64,000 bases of DNA from Planctomycetota bacterium (GCA_045863855.1 BTVV01000001.1:32001-96000); one strand, 5' to 3'; counted from the first letter of the stretch, positions 9,863 through 19,011 are shown. Notes: generated by a model from the letters alone, not told the origin. Made by a program: numbers and translations.

Positions 9863-10471
9863 CTAACGGCGCGCGAGGCCGCTGAGTTCGGCGAGGTCTT
9901 CGACGGTGCGGTGAAGTTCGGCGACGAGCGGCGATTCGCCGTGGCTGCGGTAGGCATCGACGAGCGAACGGTAGTACCAAAGCGTGCCGTCGCGGCCGCC
10001 GTTGAAACGATCCCAAAGCATATCGCCGATCACGTGGTAATCGGCGCGGAGGTCGCGCGCGTTGGCGAGCTTGTCGCAGGCGCTGACGAGGCGGACGGAA
10101 GGCGAGGCGGTGCGGACGTGAGCGATGTAGCGTTCCTTGCGTTCGCGCCAGGGCGGCTTGGGTTCGGTGTCGGCGTCGGTGCAGCCGACGACGATGGCCG
10201 CGACGGCGGGCCCGTATTCGCGTTCGATCTCGGCGACACGCGGCTTGCCGCCGCAGTCTTCGACGATGTCGTGGAGAAGTCCGGCGATGACTTCGTCCTC
10301 GTTGCCGCCGTGTTCCATGACCAGCGCCGCGACGGTCATCAGGTGCGAGAGGTATGCGACTTCCTTGCCTTTGCGTTTGTGGTGGCCGTGACAGCGATGG
10401 GCGTCGAGGAAGGCGTTTTCGAAGCGTGGCGAGTAGTAGGGGAGGGGCGCTTTGTCGGGGTGGGGGCGCAT
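9863..10471 (-). CDS. Standalone RelA/SpoT-type HD hydrolase (small alarmone hydrolase/Mesh1-like)
   Basis: KRKGKEVAYLSH, LLHDIVED, DKLAN motifs of the HD_4 family. Confidence 0.85.
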   Translation of the reverse strand: MRPHPDKAPLPYYSPRFENAFLDAHRCHGHHKRKGKEVAYLSHLMTVAALVMEHGGNEDEVIAGLLHDIVEDCGGKPRVAEIEREYGPAVAAIVVGCTDADTEPKPPWRERKERYIAHVRTASPSVRLVSACDKLANARDLRADYHVIGDMLWDRFNGGRDGTLWYYRSLVDAYRSHGESPLVAELHRTVEDLAELSGLARR

Positions 10472-10538
10472 GGAGTGGGCCTCGGAGTGGAAAGTGGAGC
10501 GTAAAAGGTGAGGTACGAAACTTCAAAAAGCAAAAAGC

Positions 10539-10636
10539 AATGAGTAATAAGGGCGTTGCGGTGGGCTGTTCGGCCGCACTACGCGCGTAGCACCTTACGC
10601 ATCGCGTCTCGCGTCGTACGCCGTTCATTACTCATT
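10539..10636. repeat. Imperfect inverted repeat element
   Basis: AATGAGTAAT..GGCGT at the left pairs with ACGCC..ATTACTCATT at the right. Confidence 0.6.
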
Positions 10637-10680
10637 AAATTTTCACCGTTCACCGCAGCGCATCATCAAGGAAGCACCGC

Positions 10681-10977
10681 ATGTCTTGGGGACCGTTTTT
10701 AAGTCTGCTGCTGCGCGCTCTGCCGGACGTGCTGTTCTTGTGCCGGCGGCGGGCGGAGCGATCGGATCGGGAGGAGTTGCATGCAAGCGAACAGACGTTC
10801 CGCGTGGCGCTGGCTCGCGGGGATCTCGATACTGCTTCTGTGTTGCTGGAGCGGCGGTTGCGGGAAGCGCGCCGTCTACGTCACGGGCGGGCACCGCATC
10901 GTGAAGCTGCAGAAGGGGCAGCCGGCGCCGGAGCGGGGCGTGTGGATGAGCGAGGAGTACCTGGCGGAGATTCATGA
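10681..10977 (+). CDS. Putative inner-membrane spanin-like protein
   Basis: AAGGAAG RBS; hydrophobic N-terminus then helical segment; overlapped by a lipoprotein ORF. Confidence 0.45.
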   Translation: MSWGPFLSLLLRALPDVLFLCRRRAERSDREELHASEQTFRVALARGDLDTASVLLERRLREARRLRHGRAPHREAAEGAAGAGAGRVDERGVPGGDS

Positions 10978-11002
10978 AGCGCTGGGGCGGGAAGGGCAAT
11001 AA
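10781..11002 (+). CDS. Small lipoprotein, putative outer-membrane spanin (Rz1-like)
   Basis: GGAGGAG RBS; signal ending SGG-C; lies in the +1 frame overlapping the preceding ORF. Confidence 0.55.
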   Translation: MQANRRSAWRWLAGISILLLCCWSGGCGKRAVYVTGGHRIVKLQKGQPAPERGVWMSEEYLAEIHEALGREGQ

Positions 11003-11091
11003 GTAGAAGCAATGGACTCCATTCGGCGGGCGCAGGCGGGCGAACGTTCTGCATCGGCCCGATTTGCACTTTGAATCGAAAGGCTTTTCGC

Positions 11092-11358
11092 ATGGCCAAA
11101 ACGAAAGCGCTGCCGCTGGCGCCTTTGGCGCGGCATTCGACGGACGAATTGCTGGACGAGCTGGAGCGGCGGTCGCTGGGGTGCTTGGTGGTTTCGCTGC
11201 GGGTGGAGGAGCCGAACGCGGACGCGTGGCGTTACCGGATCAAGGGCTCGAACGTGCTGCTGGGGGCGATGAGCGCGGCGCTGACGGTGCGCATGCATTG
11301 CGTACTGACCGAGCGGGCGGAGTGGAACGACGATCCGTTCGCGGGGAGCGTGGTGTAG
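11092..11358 (+). CDS. Hypothetical phage-like protein
   Basis: STDELLDELERR; codon style matches the cluster. Confidence 0.6.
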   Translation: MAKTKALPLAPLARHSTDELLDELERRSLGCLVVSLRVEEPNADAWRYRIKGSNVLLGAMSAALTVRMHCVLTERAEWNDDPFAGSVV

Positions 11359-11370
11359 GGGCTGGATTCA

Positions 11371-11438
11371 CCGCGGAGGCGCGGAGGACGCAGAGAAGGG
11401 CCACGAATTTCACCACGGAGCGCACAGAGCACACGGAG
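11371..11438. repeat. Left boundary repeats of the cassette block (33 bp inverted arm plus 31 bp direct arm)
   Basis: 11371-11403 is inverted versus 13152-13184 (3 mismatches); 11408-11438 is identical to 13070-13100. Confidence 0.85.
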
Positions 11439-11696
11439 AAGGGCAGGGCAAACTGGAGACGGCGGGGTTTGGGTTGCGCTGAAGGTTCGATTGCAGCGAC
11501 ACGTTATTCATCCTGCGCATGCCTCGCATTACCGCATTTCGGCGGTCAGGCCGCGGGGATGAGTCATTTAGGATAAAGAAAGTCATGAGGTTAAGTAACT
11601 GGAGCTTTGACGGTCCGATGCAATTTAGGTAGAAGCGCGTACAAGATAGGCCGCACGAATGAGGTCGAATACAGAGTTAGGCACCTACGAGCGCAT

Positions 11697-11996
11697 ATGG
11701 CACTCATGAAATGCAGAGGGTGTCAGAGCAAGTTTGCAGTTGGATTCATGCCAACCGCCACCTGCGGACTGCTCATCATTCCCGCATTCGTGATTACGCT
11801 GATGGCGTCCTTTGTCATTTGGCGTTTTGTGACTTGGTGGGCACTGGTTCTTTCCATTCCTGCCTTCTTTCTCGCTTTGCTCGGAGTCCACTTCATCCCG
11901 TGGACTTGCGAGTATTTGTTTACGTTCTGGCGTCGTTGCCCGCGATGCGGACAGCGCCGATGGTCGTATCCATTTACTGAAGGGTTTGGATTATGA
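11697..11996 (+). CDS. Cassette ORF 1: small membrane protein with CxxC motifs at both ends
   Basis: CRGC, two TM helices, CPRC; low GC; preceded by core site GTTAGGC at 11676. Confidence 0.65.
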   Translation: MALMKCRGCQSKFAVGFMPTATCGLLIIPAFVITLMASFVIWRFVTWWALVLSIPAFFLALLGVHFIPWTCEYLFTFWRRCPRCGQRRWSYPFTEGFGL

Positions 11997-12006
11997 GTCA
12001 CACGAT

Positions 12007-12106
12007 GGCTAATCATGCGCTGTAACGAACTTGGCATGACGTGGCGGCTTCCGGTATCTTCAAGCTCTGTCTCGGCGGGCCGGGCAGGTGAGCTTGGTCG
12101 TTCGGC
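12007..12106 (+). other. Degenerate integron attC site
   Basis: GGCTAAT-CATGCGCTG ... GTGAGCTTGGTC-GTTCGGC; right end is similar to the next attC. Confidence 0.55.
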
Positions 12107-12124
12107 GGCAGAAGGGGGTTTCCC

Positions 12125-12610
12125 GTGAGTCGAAGATTGTTTCTTATGCTGGCGATGGCTGCGAGCGTGACGTGTCTCCCTGCGGCCGCCGCTGATCCCG
12201 ATCCGGCTGTATCGCTGCTCCTGCACAAAGTTGCAGCCGAGCGTTTGGAGAAGGACATCCACTTCCGGTGCGAGGTGACTCTCGACAACGGCACCGGCCG
12301 CGACCTGGCCGTGCGGTCGAACTTCAGCTCGGTCTTCGACGGGCTGGAGGTCGTCGTGACCGACCCGAAGGGCAAGGTTCTGGTGCAGCGGGGGTACACG
12401 ATCCACCAGTCGCCGTTCGCCCCGCCGGGCCGTGTGTTCCCCCTCAAGCAGGGTCAGACGGCGGGTACGTTGGTGTTCCCCATCCACGATTTGCCGGCCG
12501 ATGCGCGGACGCTCAAGGTCCGCTTGGTGGGTACACTGCCGGGGAGCGGTTTCGAGCGGATTTTGTCGTCGGAGACGCTGGAGGTCACGGTCACGGCGCG
12601 TGACCAGTGA
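12125..12610 (+). CDS. Cassette ORF 2: secreted hypothetical protein
   Basis: Signal peptide (..LPAAAA-D), beta-rich mature part; bounded by GTTCGGCG and CGCCGAAC. Confidence 0.75.
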   Translation: MSRRLFLMLAMAASVTCLPAAAADPDPAVSLLLHKVAAERLEKDIHFRCEVTLDNGTGRDLAVRSNFSSVFDGLEVVVTDPKGKVLVQRGYTIHQSPFAPPGRVFPLKQGQTAGTLVFPIHDLPADARTLKVRLVGTLPGSGFERILSSETLEVTVTARDQ

Positions 12611-12623
12611 GGAGCAAAGGCAC

Positions 12624-12720
12624 GCCGAACCAAGCGCTGCAGCAGACGGCGGGGGCATGACGGCTTTCCAAGGGTTGAAGTCTCTGCAGCCGGTCCCGCT
12701 GCTGAACTCGATCGTTCGGC
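12624..12720 (+). other. Integron attC site
   Basis: GCCGAAC-CAAGCGCTGCAGCAGAC ... GCTGCTGAACTCGATC-GTTCGGC; 97 bp with complementary core ends and inner CAGCAG/CTGCTG pairing. Confidence 0.75.
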
Positions 12721-12735
12721 GGAAGTTGCGCGTAT

Positions 12736-13011
12736 ATGACAAACAAGAGACAGACTCCCTGGCGTCGTAGATTGACCAAAGTGCTCATCACCATCGGTCC
12801 GGTTACGGTGCTAGCAGGCATTGCTCTCCAGACTCCCGCTCTTACTGGATTCGCGTTGCTGCTTTGCTTTCTGGCGGTGGCCTTCGGCAAGTACACCGTT
12901 GTGTGTGCCAAGTGTGGGAAGAAGTATCATGCGATTGGCGTGGAGGTACTCTGCTGTTACAGCTGTGGCGCACCTTACTTTGAGGAGGCAGAGAAACATG
13001 ATGCTGTCTAA
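12736..13011 (+). CDS. Cassette ORF 3: small membrane protein with C-terminal zinc ribbon
   Basis: Two TM helices, CAKC..CYSC; stop TAA lies inside the inverse core GTCTAAC. Confidence 0.7.
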   Translation: MTNKRQTPWRRRLTKVLITIGPVTVLAGIALQTPALTGFALLLCFLAVAFGKYTVVCAKCGKKYHAIGVEVLCCYSCGAPYFEEAEKHDAV

Positions 13012-13069
13012 CCGGATCACTGCACACAAGGCTGGATAGCCGCCTCAGTTCCGCTTCGCGGTCCACGGC
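13006..13069 (+). other. Truncated attC (left half), cut at the boundary repeat
   Basis: GTCTAAC...TGCAC followed by attC-like sequence that runs directly into the 31 bp direct repeat. Confidence 0.45.
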
Positions 13070-13189
13070 TTTCACCACGGAGCGCACAGAGCACACGGAG
13101 CAGGGCAACGGCGTGCACTTTGGTTTGGAAGTCGTTACCTTTCCTGCGATTTGGCCCTTCTCGGCGTGCTCCGCGCCTCGGCGGCGAGA

Positions 13190-13990
13190 TCATCCTTCGA
13201 TCTCGAGTTCGGCGAGGACGGGGTAGTGGTCGCTGGGGTAGAGCGGGGGTTCGGCGTCGCGGACGATATGGCAGGTCTTGGCGCGGACGCGGGCGGTCCC
13301 ATCCTTATACAGAATCCAGTCGATGCGGCCGTGGTGGGGTTTGTTCAGGCGCGTGCCGGTAAACCCGTGGAAGGTGTAGATCTCGGGGCCGTCGGGTTGC
13401 CCGGTCTCGACATGCGCGTCGCGGTAACCGGCGGCGCGAAAGACTTCGTAGGGTTCTTCGCCGGGATCGGTGTTGAAGTCTCCGGTGATCAGCGTGAAGC
13501 CCGCGCCCGGGCTTAATTCGGCCAATTTTTTAACGATCAATTTCGCGCCTTCGATACGCGCCCATTGGCTCATGTGGTCCAGATGCGTATTGAGGTGCCA
13601 GCCTTCGAGGCCGCCGGCGAGCCGCAGCTTGAGCGCGAGGGCGGAGCGGATGCAGTTGGTGTCCCACGAGGCGCTGTGGCAATCGGGGGTTTCGCTGAGC
13701 CAGAAGGCTTTGGAGTCGAGGACTTCGACCGCGCCGGGTCGCCAGGCGGCGGAGGTGTAGCAGAAGGGATCGCGGTTGTTGTAATGCGGCCCGCGTTCGA
13801 TGCGGTGGGCGTTCCAGCCGCGCGCGTAGTGGTCGAGATTGCCGGTCTGGACTTCCTGAAAACCGACGAGATCGGGATCGAGTTTCTTGAGCGTGGCGAC
13901 GTTGAGCTCGGCTCGCGCGGGCCAGACGTTGGCTCCGTCGTTCACGAAACTTCCGCGCAAATTAAAGGTGACCACGCGCAGGGCAGGCAT
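13190..13990 (-). CDS. Endonuclease/exonuclease/phosphatase family protein
   Basis: TFNLR, GFQEV, NTHLDH, GDFN, RIDWI, SDHYPV. Confidence 0.93.
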   Translation of the reverse strand: MPALRVVTFNLRGSFVNDGANVWPARAELNVATLKKLDPDLVGFQEVQTGNLDHYARGWNAHRIERGPHYNNRDPFCYTSAAWRPGAVEVLDSKAFWLSETPDCHSASWDTNCIRSALALKLRLAGGLEGWHLNTHLDHMSQWARIEGAKLIVKKLAELSPGAGFTLITGDFNTDPGEEPYEVFRAAGYRDAHVETGQPDGPEIYTFHGFTGTRLNKPHHGRIDWILYKDGTARVRAKTCHIVRDAEPPLYPSDHYPVLAELEIEG

Positions 13991-14087
13991 GAGGGGAACT
14001 CCAGGTGTGCGGGGGAGCATAGCGGATCGATTTTGGATTTTCGATTTCCGATTTTGGAGAGGGGCGCCTGGCCAAGGGGGCGAATTC

Positions 14088-14279
14088 GTGACGCTCACGT
14101 TCTGCTCGATGCAGCGCAATCCGATACGCAAAGCAGCTCCGGCGTACTGCCGTTCGTGCAAGCGGACGGTGCAGGCGGTGCGGGCGTCGGCTCGGGATAC
14201 GCTGCGCTGCCGGGTGTGCGGAGGCGGAGTGATCGTCTCGCGGATGGTGGCGCGGAGTTTGGGGCTGCTGACCTTTTAG
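14088..14279 (+). CDS. Small basic zinc-ribbon protein
   Basis: CRSC-x17-CRVC; directly upstream of the terminase; start GTG 14088 or ATG 14109. Confidence 0.55.
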   Translation: MTLTFCSMQRNPIRKAAPAYCRSCKRTVQAVRASARDTLRCRVCGGGVIVSRMVARSLGLLTF

Positions 14280-14315
14280 GCATTGGATGTTGGACATCGG
14301 TTCTTGGGATTGCGC

Positions 14316-15662
14316 ATGGCGATGCAGGAAGCGGCGGCGGGCGGGGCGGGGTCGGATGCGCTGAAGGTTTTTACGCCGGACCGGCTGCATGCGGCTCAGC
14401 GGGCGATCCATGCGCATCCGGCGCGGATCCGGGTGGCGGCGTGCGGGCGGCGCTTCGGGAAGACGACGCTGGGCCTGGTGGAGGCGGTGCAGACGGCGTT
14501 GCAGAAGCCGAACGCGCTGGTCTGGTGGGTGAGCGCGGCGAAGGAGCAGGCGAAGCGGCACGCGTGGAAGCTGAAGCGCGAACTGGACTGCGCGCACGAG
14601 AAGAACGGAAAGCACCGCAGCGACCGGATCGAATTTCGGAACGGATCGGTGCTGGAATTCCTGAGCGCGCTGAGCGGCGACCGGCTGCGCGGGGAGGGGC
14701 TGGACTTTTTGGTGATCGACGAGGCGGCAGACGTTCCGGAGGAGGTCTGGACGAGCGTGCTGCGGCCGGCGCTGGTGGACCGGCGGGGGCGCGCGCTGAT
14801 TCTGGGCACGCCGCGGGGGCGCGGGAACTGGCTGCACCGGCTGTATCTGCAGGGGCAGGACCCGGCGCTGGAGGCGGAGCTTCGCGCGTTCCGTTTCCCG
14901 ACGCTGGAGAATCCGAAGATCAAGGAGGAGGAGCTGGAGAGCACGCGGACCATCATGACGGCTTTAGAATTCAAGCAGGAATTCGAGGCCGAATTCGTGA
15001 ACGGTTCGGGGAAGGTCTTCGGCGACGTGCGGGCTCTGGCGACCTGCGAGAAGCGGGCGGTGGGGCGCGAACACGCGCGGTACTTCACCGGGATCGACCT
15101 GGCGCGCAGCGGCGATTACACGGTGCTGGTGAGTTTGCGCGCGCCGGACCCGGAGGTGTCGAGCGTGCTGCCGCCGGCGGCGCGGATGGAAGGCTACCAC
15201 CGCATGCGCGGGCTGCCTTGGGACGAGCAGCTCCGCGCGATCAAGGATCATCTGCGGCGATTTCCGGGGCCGTGCGTCGTCGACGCGACGGGGCTGGGCG
15301 ATCCGGTGGCCGAACGGATCCGGGCGTTTCATCCCGATACCGAGGCGTACCATTTTTCGAGCGTGCGGAAGCAGAACCTGGTCCGCGGGCTGCTGCTCGG
15401 TTTCGACCTGAAGCGGCTGTATCTGCTGCCGGAGGAGACGCTGCTGAGCGAACTGGAGAGTTTCGAGGCCGAAGAGCCGTCGCATTGGTCGCGCGGGCGC
15501 GCCCCCAAATACGGCGCTCCGGCCGGGCAGCACGACGACACGGTGATCGCGCTGGGCCTGGCGTGGTGGGGGTTGTGCCAGCGCGAGGGGATGCCGGGGA
15601 TCGACGAGGCGGGGTTGAAGGCGGCGGGGCGGATGTTCCGGTTTGGGTTCTTCGCGCGATGA
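14316..15662 (+). CDS. Phage terminase large subunit
   Basis: GRRFGKT Walker A, LVIDEAA Walker B, GTPRG, GIDLA..D and HDDTVIAL nuclease motifs. Confidence 0.95.
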   Translation: MAMQEAAAGGAGSDALKVFTPDRLHAAQRAIHAHPARIRVAACGRRFGKTTLGLVEAVQTALQKPNALVWWVSAAKEQAKRHAWKLKRELDCAHEKNGKHRSDRIEFRNGSVLEFLSALSGDRLRGEGLDFLVIDEAADVPEEVWTSVLRPALVDRRGRALILGTPRGRGNWLHRLYLQGQDPALEAELRAFRFPTLENPKIKEEELESTRTIMTALEFKQEFEAEFVNGSGKVFGDVRALATCEKRAVGREHARYFTGIDLARSGDYTVLVSLRAPDPEVSSVLPPAARMEGYHRMRGLPWDEQLRAIKDHLRRFPGPCVVDATGLGDPVAERIRAFHPDTEAYHFSSVRKQNLVRGLLLGFDLKRLYLLPEETLLSELESFEAEEPSHWSRGRAPKYGAPAGQHDDTVIALGLAWWGLCQREGMPGIDEAGLKAAGRMFRFGFFAR

Positions 15663-15835
15663 GGGCGTGAAAGGCACAGGTACTAAGGGCGCGGCACGGC
15701 AGCTTGCGGGCGCTTAGGCGGCGATGCGGCCGTGCCTACGCTTCAGCTTTCCCCGCGCTGCGGGCGAGACGGCCGCGATACGAACGGCCCGTTCGCGCAT
15801 CGGGTTTCAGCCGGCCCTTCGCATAAGGAAATCGC

Positions 15836-17284
15836 ATGACGCAATCCCATGAACGTTCTTCGCTCATCGCGGCCTTGGCTTCGCGCCGGCCGGGGTTGGA
15901 CGTTTACGAGCAGCAGTGGCGGCTGGTGGAGGATGTGCTGGCGGGGCGGCTGAAGCGGCGGGCGACGCCGTTGCCGGGGTCGTTGGAGGCGTTCGGCGCT
16001 GCGGCGCCGGGGTGGTCGAGCGCGTACTTGCCGCAGGGGACGCTGGAGTCGGACGCGGAATACGCGAAGCGTGTGGAGCTGACGCCGTTTTTTCCGGAGA
16101 CGCCGCGGATCATGGCGGGGCGCGTGGGCGCGCTGATGGGCCGGCCGACGCAGGTGAGCGGCATTTCGGACCCGAAATGGAGCGCTTTTCTCGCCGCGGC
16201 CGGACGGCGGGGGAGCTTCGACGACCTGCTGATGCAGGCGGCGTGCCTGGTTCAGACCTATGGCTTCTGCGCGGCGCTGCTGGATCGCGAGCCGTTGCCG
16301 GCGGACGCGCGGGGTCGCGAGGCGTCGGTGGCGGAGGCCGAAGCACGGCAATTAGGGTGCCCGTATTTGACCTTATATGGCGCTCCGGACGTGCTCGATT
16401 GGGACTATGCGGACGATGGACAATTGGCGTGGGTGAAGCTGGTGGAGCGCGAGTGGTCGCGGCCGGCGTGGGATGCGGCGCCGGTGGAGACGTACGTGTA
16501 CCGGATCGCGGATCGAACGGCGATCCGGGTCTTTCGGGTTTGGCGGGCGGGGCAGGGGGAGTGGCGTGTGCGCGCGGAGGCGGCGGCGGCGCACGGTTTG
16601 GGGCGCGTGCCGGTGGCGCTGGCGCATCCGTTTCCCGGTGCGGACGGGATCGGCCGGCCGTTGCTGGCGCGCGCGGCGGAGGCCGATATCGCGGCGACGC
16701 GGGTGCTGAGCGATCTGGTCTGGGACTTGTTCGTGCTCGGCAATCCGATCCTCACGTTTAAGACGCACCGCGGCGAGGAGGAGTTGCAGCGGATCGGTGT
16801 GGGCGCATCGCGGTACATCCCGCTGCGCAACGGCAGGCCGGGCATTGAAGAGCCGGAAGCGCTGGAATTCGTGCAGTTGGATGCGACGGGCCTGGAATTT
16901 CTGTTCCGTGCGCACGCGTTATTTGCGGCTCAGGTGAGCCGCCAGGCGGGCTTGGCGGCGCACGAAGCGGCGGCGACGCCGCGCGAGCAAAGCGGCGTGG
17001 CGCACGCCTGGTCGTTCAAGACGGGCGAGGAGCGGCACCTGGCGCTGCTGGCTCGGGCGTTGGAGCGGTTCTTCGACGAGAGTCTATTGATGGCCGCAAT
17101 CGCGCTGGAATTACCGGGCACGCCGAAGGTGGACTTGCCGGACCGGTTCGAAGTGGAAGCTCCGGCGGAGGCGCTGGAGGTGGCCGAGCGGGCGGTTCCG
17201 TTGGCGCGTGAGGCGGGGCGCGCGGATTTGGCGGACGCGGCGCTGCTGCGGTTGGGCCAGGCGTTGGGGGGGAATAAGGAGTGA
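15836..17284 (+). CDS. Phage portal protein (DUF4055-like)
   Basis: Follows the terminase; YLPQ..ESDAEYAKRV, QSGVAHAW; 482 aa. Confidence 0.8.
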   Translation: MTQSHERSSLIAALASRRPGLDVYEQQWRLVEDVLAGRLKRRATPLPGSLEAFGAAAPGWSSAYLPQGTLESDAEYAKRVELTPFFPETPRIMAGRVGALMGRPTQVSGISDPKWSAFLAAAGRRGSFDDLLMQAACLVQTYGFCAALLDREPLPADARGREASVAEAEARQLGCPYLTLYGAPDVLDWDYADDGQLAWVKLVEREWSRPAWDAAPVETYVYRIADRTAIRVFRVWRAGQGEWRVRAEAAAAHGLGRVPVALAHPFPGADGIGRPLLARAAEADIAATRVLSDLVWDLFVLGNPILTFKTHRGEEELQRIGVGASRYIPLRNGRPGIEEPEALEFVQLDATGLEFLFRAHALFAAQVSRQAGLAAHEAAATPREQSGVAHAWSFKTGEERHLALLARALERFFDESLLMAAIALELPGTPKVDLPDRFEVEAPAEALEVAERAVPLAREAGRADLADAALLRLGQALGGNKE

Positions 17285-17311
17285 CGCGCGGCGTGGTCAT
17301 AGGAGGCGAGC

Positions 17312-17812
17312 ATGAACGAGCATGACGAGACGGGAGCGAACGATCCGGCGCCGGATCCGCCGGCGGAGGTGGAGGCGTTGCGGAACGAGTTGGAGGCGCT
17401 GCGGGCTCGGGCGGAGGCGGCGGAGCGCGAGAGGGCGATCCGCAAAGCGTTGGCGGAGGCGGCGTGGTTCGAGCCGGAGGACGCGTACCGGGTGCTGAGC
17501 GAACGCGCGGAGCGTTCGAGCGACGGAGCGTGGCGCGTGGCGCTGGCGGAGGGCGACGGGAAACCGGGAGCGTGGCTGAGTCCTGCGGAGGCGGCGCGGG
17601 AGCTGGCGCGGCGCAAGCCGCACTGGGTGCGCGCGCGCGTGACGCCGGGGACGGGCGCGGGGGCCGGCGAAGCGACCGGCGGCGGGGGCGCTCGCGGACC
17701 GTTAACGTATTCCGAGCTGCTGAAGCCTGAAAATGCGGCTCGGCTTCGTGAATTCGTGCACGACCGGCCGCAGGAATTGGAGCGCTTGCGGGCGGCGCAT
17801 TTCGGCGGCTAA
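17312..17812 (+). CDS. Putative capsid scaffolding protein
   Basis: Acidic coiled coil, Gly-rich linker, located between portal and capsid; AGGAGG RBS. Confidence 0.7.
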   Translation: MNEHDETGANDPAPDPPAEVEALRNELEALRARAEAAERERAIRKALAEAAWFEPEDAYRVLSERAERSSDGAWRVALAEGDGKPGAWLSPAEAARELARRKPHWVRARVTPGTGAGAGEATGGGGARGPLTYSELLKPENAARLREFVHDRPQELERLRAAHFGG

Positions 17813-17935
17813 AGGCAAAGGCTTCGTCAAGGATACAGGGCGGGGCGTGTTCGCTTGCGGCGAGTAACCGCGGTGAGCGGGGATACCGGGCGCAGTCATT
17901 ATTCAGAAAAAACAGGTCCAAAAGGAGAAGCAGGC

Positions 17936-18967
17936 ATGGCGTTTTCTTTGGTTTCGGGGTTCACATTCGATCCGCAGTTGGCGAGCGAGTACGCGTCGGC
18001 GGCGTTCGTCGAGAACTTGCAGCTGCTCGACCAGGCGCTGGGCGTGGTGCGGACGCTGAGCGCGGGGCAGTTTCAGTCGAGCCTGGGCGGGGGCGGGCAG
18101 TTCGTCGATATGCCGTACTTCGCGAACGTCTCGTCGCTGATCGCGCGGCGCGACCTGACGAGCACGTCTGCGCCGAGCGATCTGGACATCACCGGCGCGG
18201 CGGACAAGGCGGTGATCCTGCGGCGGCGCGCGGGGCCGGTGAAGTTCACGGAGGATTTGTTCATCCGCGGCGTGCGGCGCGAGGCGGTGGAGCAGGAGAT
18301 CGGGCGGCAGATCGGGAACATGGCGGCGAAGGAGGTACGCGCGCGTCTGCTGCAGGTGAGCGTGGCGGCGCTGGAGAGCCTCGATGCGCCCGGCGCGAAC
18401 GCGCACATCAAGGATGCGTACGCGGCGAGCGGGACGAAGGGGCTGCTGACGCTGAGCAATCTGTACGATTCGCGGATGCTGCTGGGCGACGCGTACAACC
18501 GGCTGACGACGGTGGTGTGCCACAGCGAAGCGTTTGCGGATTTGGTGAAGGATACGATCGGGAATTACAAGGTCGAGAACGTGGGCGGATTCACGGTGGT
18601 GACGGGTCTGCCGCAGGCGTTCGGGATGCGGATCGTGGTGGTGGACGACGCGAGCCTGAAGAGCGATCCGGGCGGCGGGGATTTCATGAAATACCGCACG
18701 CTTCTGTTCGGTCCGGGCGCGCTGGGGCTGATCTACCACCAGCAGTTGCGGATCGAGGCGGAGCGGCGGCTGGACTTCGAAGCGCCGTATTGGCGCGTGC
18801 TGGCGAACTTCGATTTCGCTCCTCATCTGTTCGGCATGAAATGGACGAGTTCGACGGCGAATCCGGACAATTCGACGCTGGGAACGGCCTCGAATTGGGA
18901 CGAAGCGTACAACGATCACCGCGAGGTGGTCTGCGCGGAGCTGGTGCATAACGCGAGCGCGGCGTAA
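17936..18967 (+). CDS. Major capsid protein
   Basis: 343 aa, AAGGAG RBS; GQFVDMPYF, FGMRIVVVDD, YRTLLFGPGA, ending NPDNSTLGTASNW; gene position. Confidence 0.85.
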   Translation: MAFSLVSGFTFDPQLASEYASAAFVENLQLLDQALGVVRTLSAGQFQSSLGGGGQFVDMPYFANVSSLIARRDLTSTSAPSDLDITGAADKAVILRRRAGPVKFTEDLFIRGVRREAVEQEIGRQIGNMAAKEVRARLLQVSVAALESLDAPGANAHIKDAYAASGTKGLLTLSNLYDSRMLLGDAYNRLTTVVCHSEAFADLVKDTIGNYKVENVGGFTVVTGLPQAFGMRIVVVDDASLKSDPGGGDFMKYRTLLFGPGALGLIYHQQLRIEAERRLDFEAPYWRVLANFDFAPHLFGMKWTSSTANPDNSTLGTASNWDEAYNDHREVVCAELVHNASAA

Positions 18968-18980
18968 GGGCAAGCCGGGG

Positions 18981-19011
18981 GGCGGCGGAGGGCGCTTTAC
19001 GCTCCGCCGCC
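18981..19011 (+). terminator. GC hairpin after the capsid gene
   Basis: GGCGGCGGAG...CTCCGCCGCC; no U tract. Confidence 0.4.
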
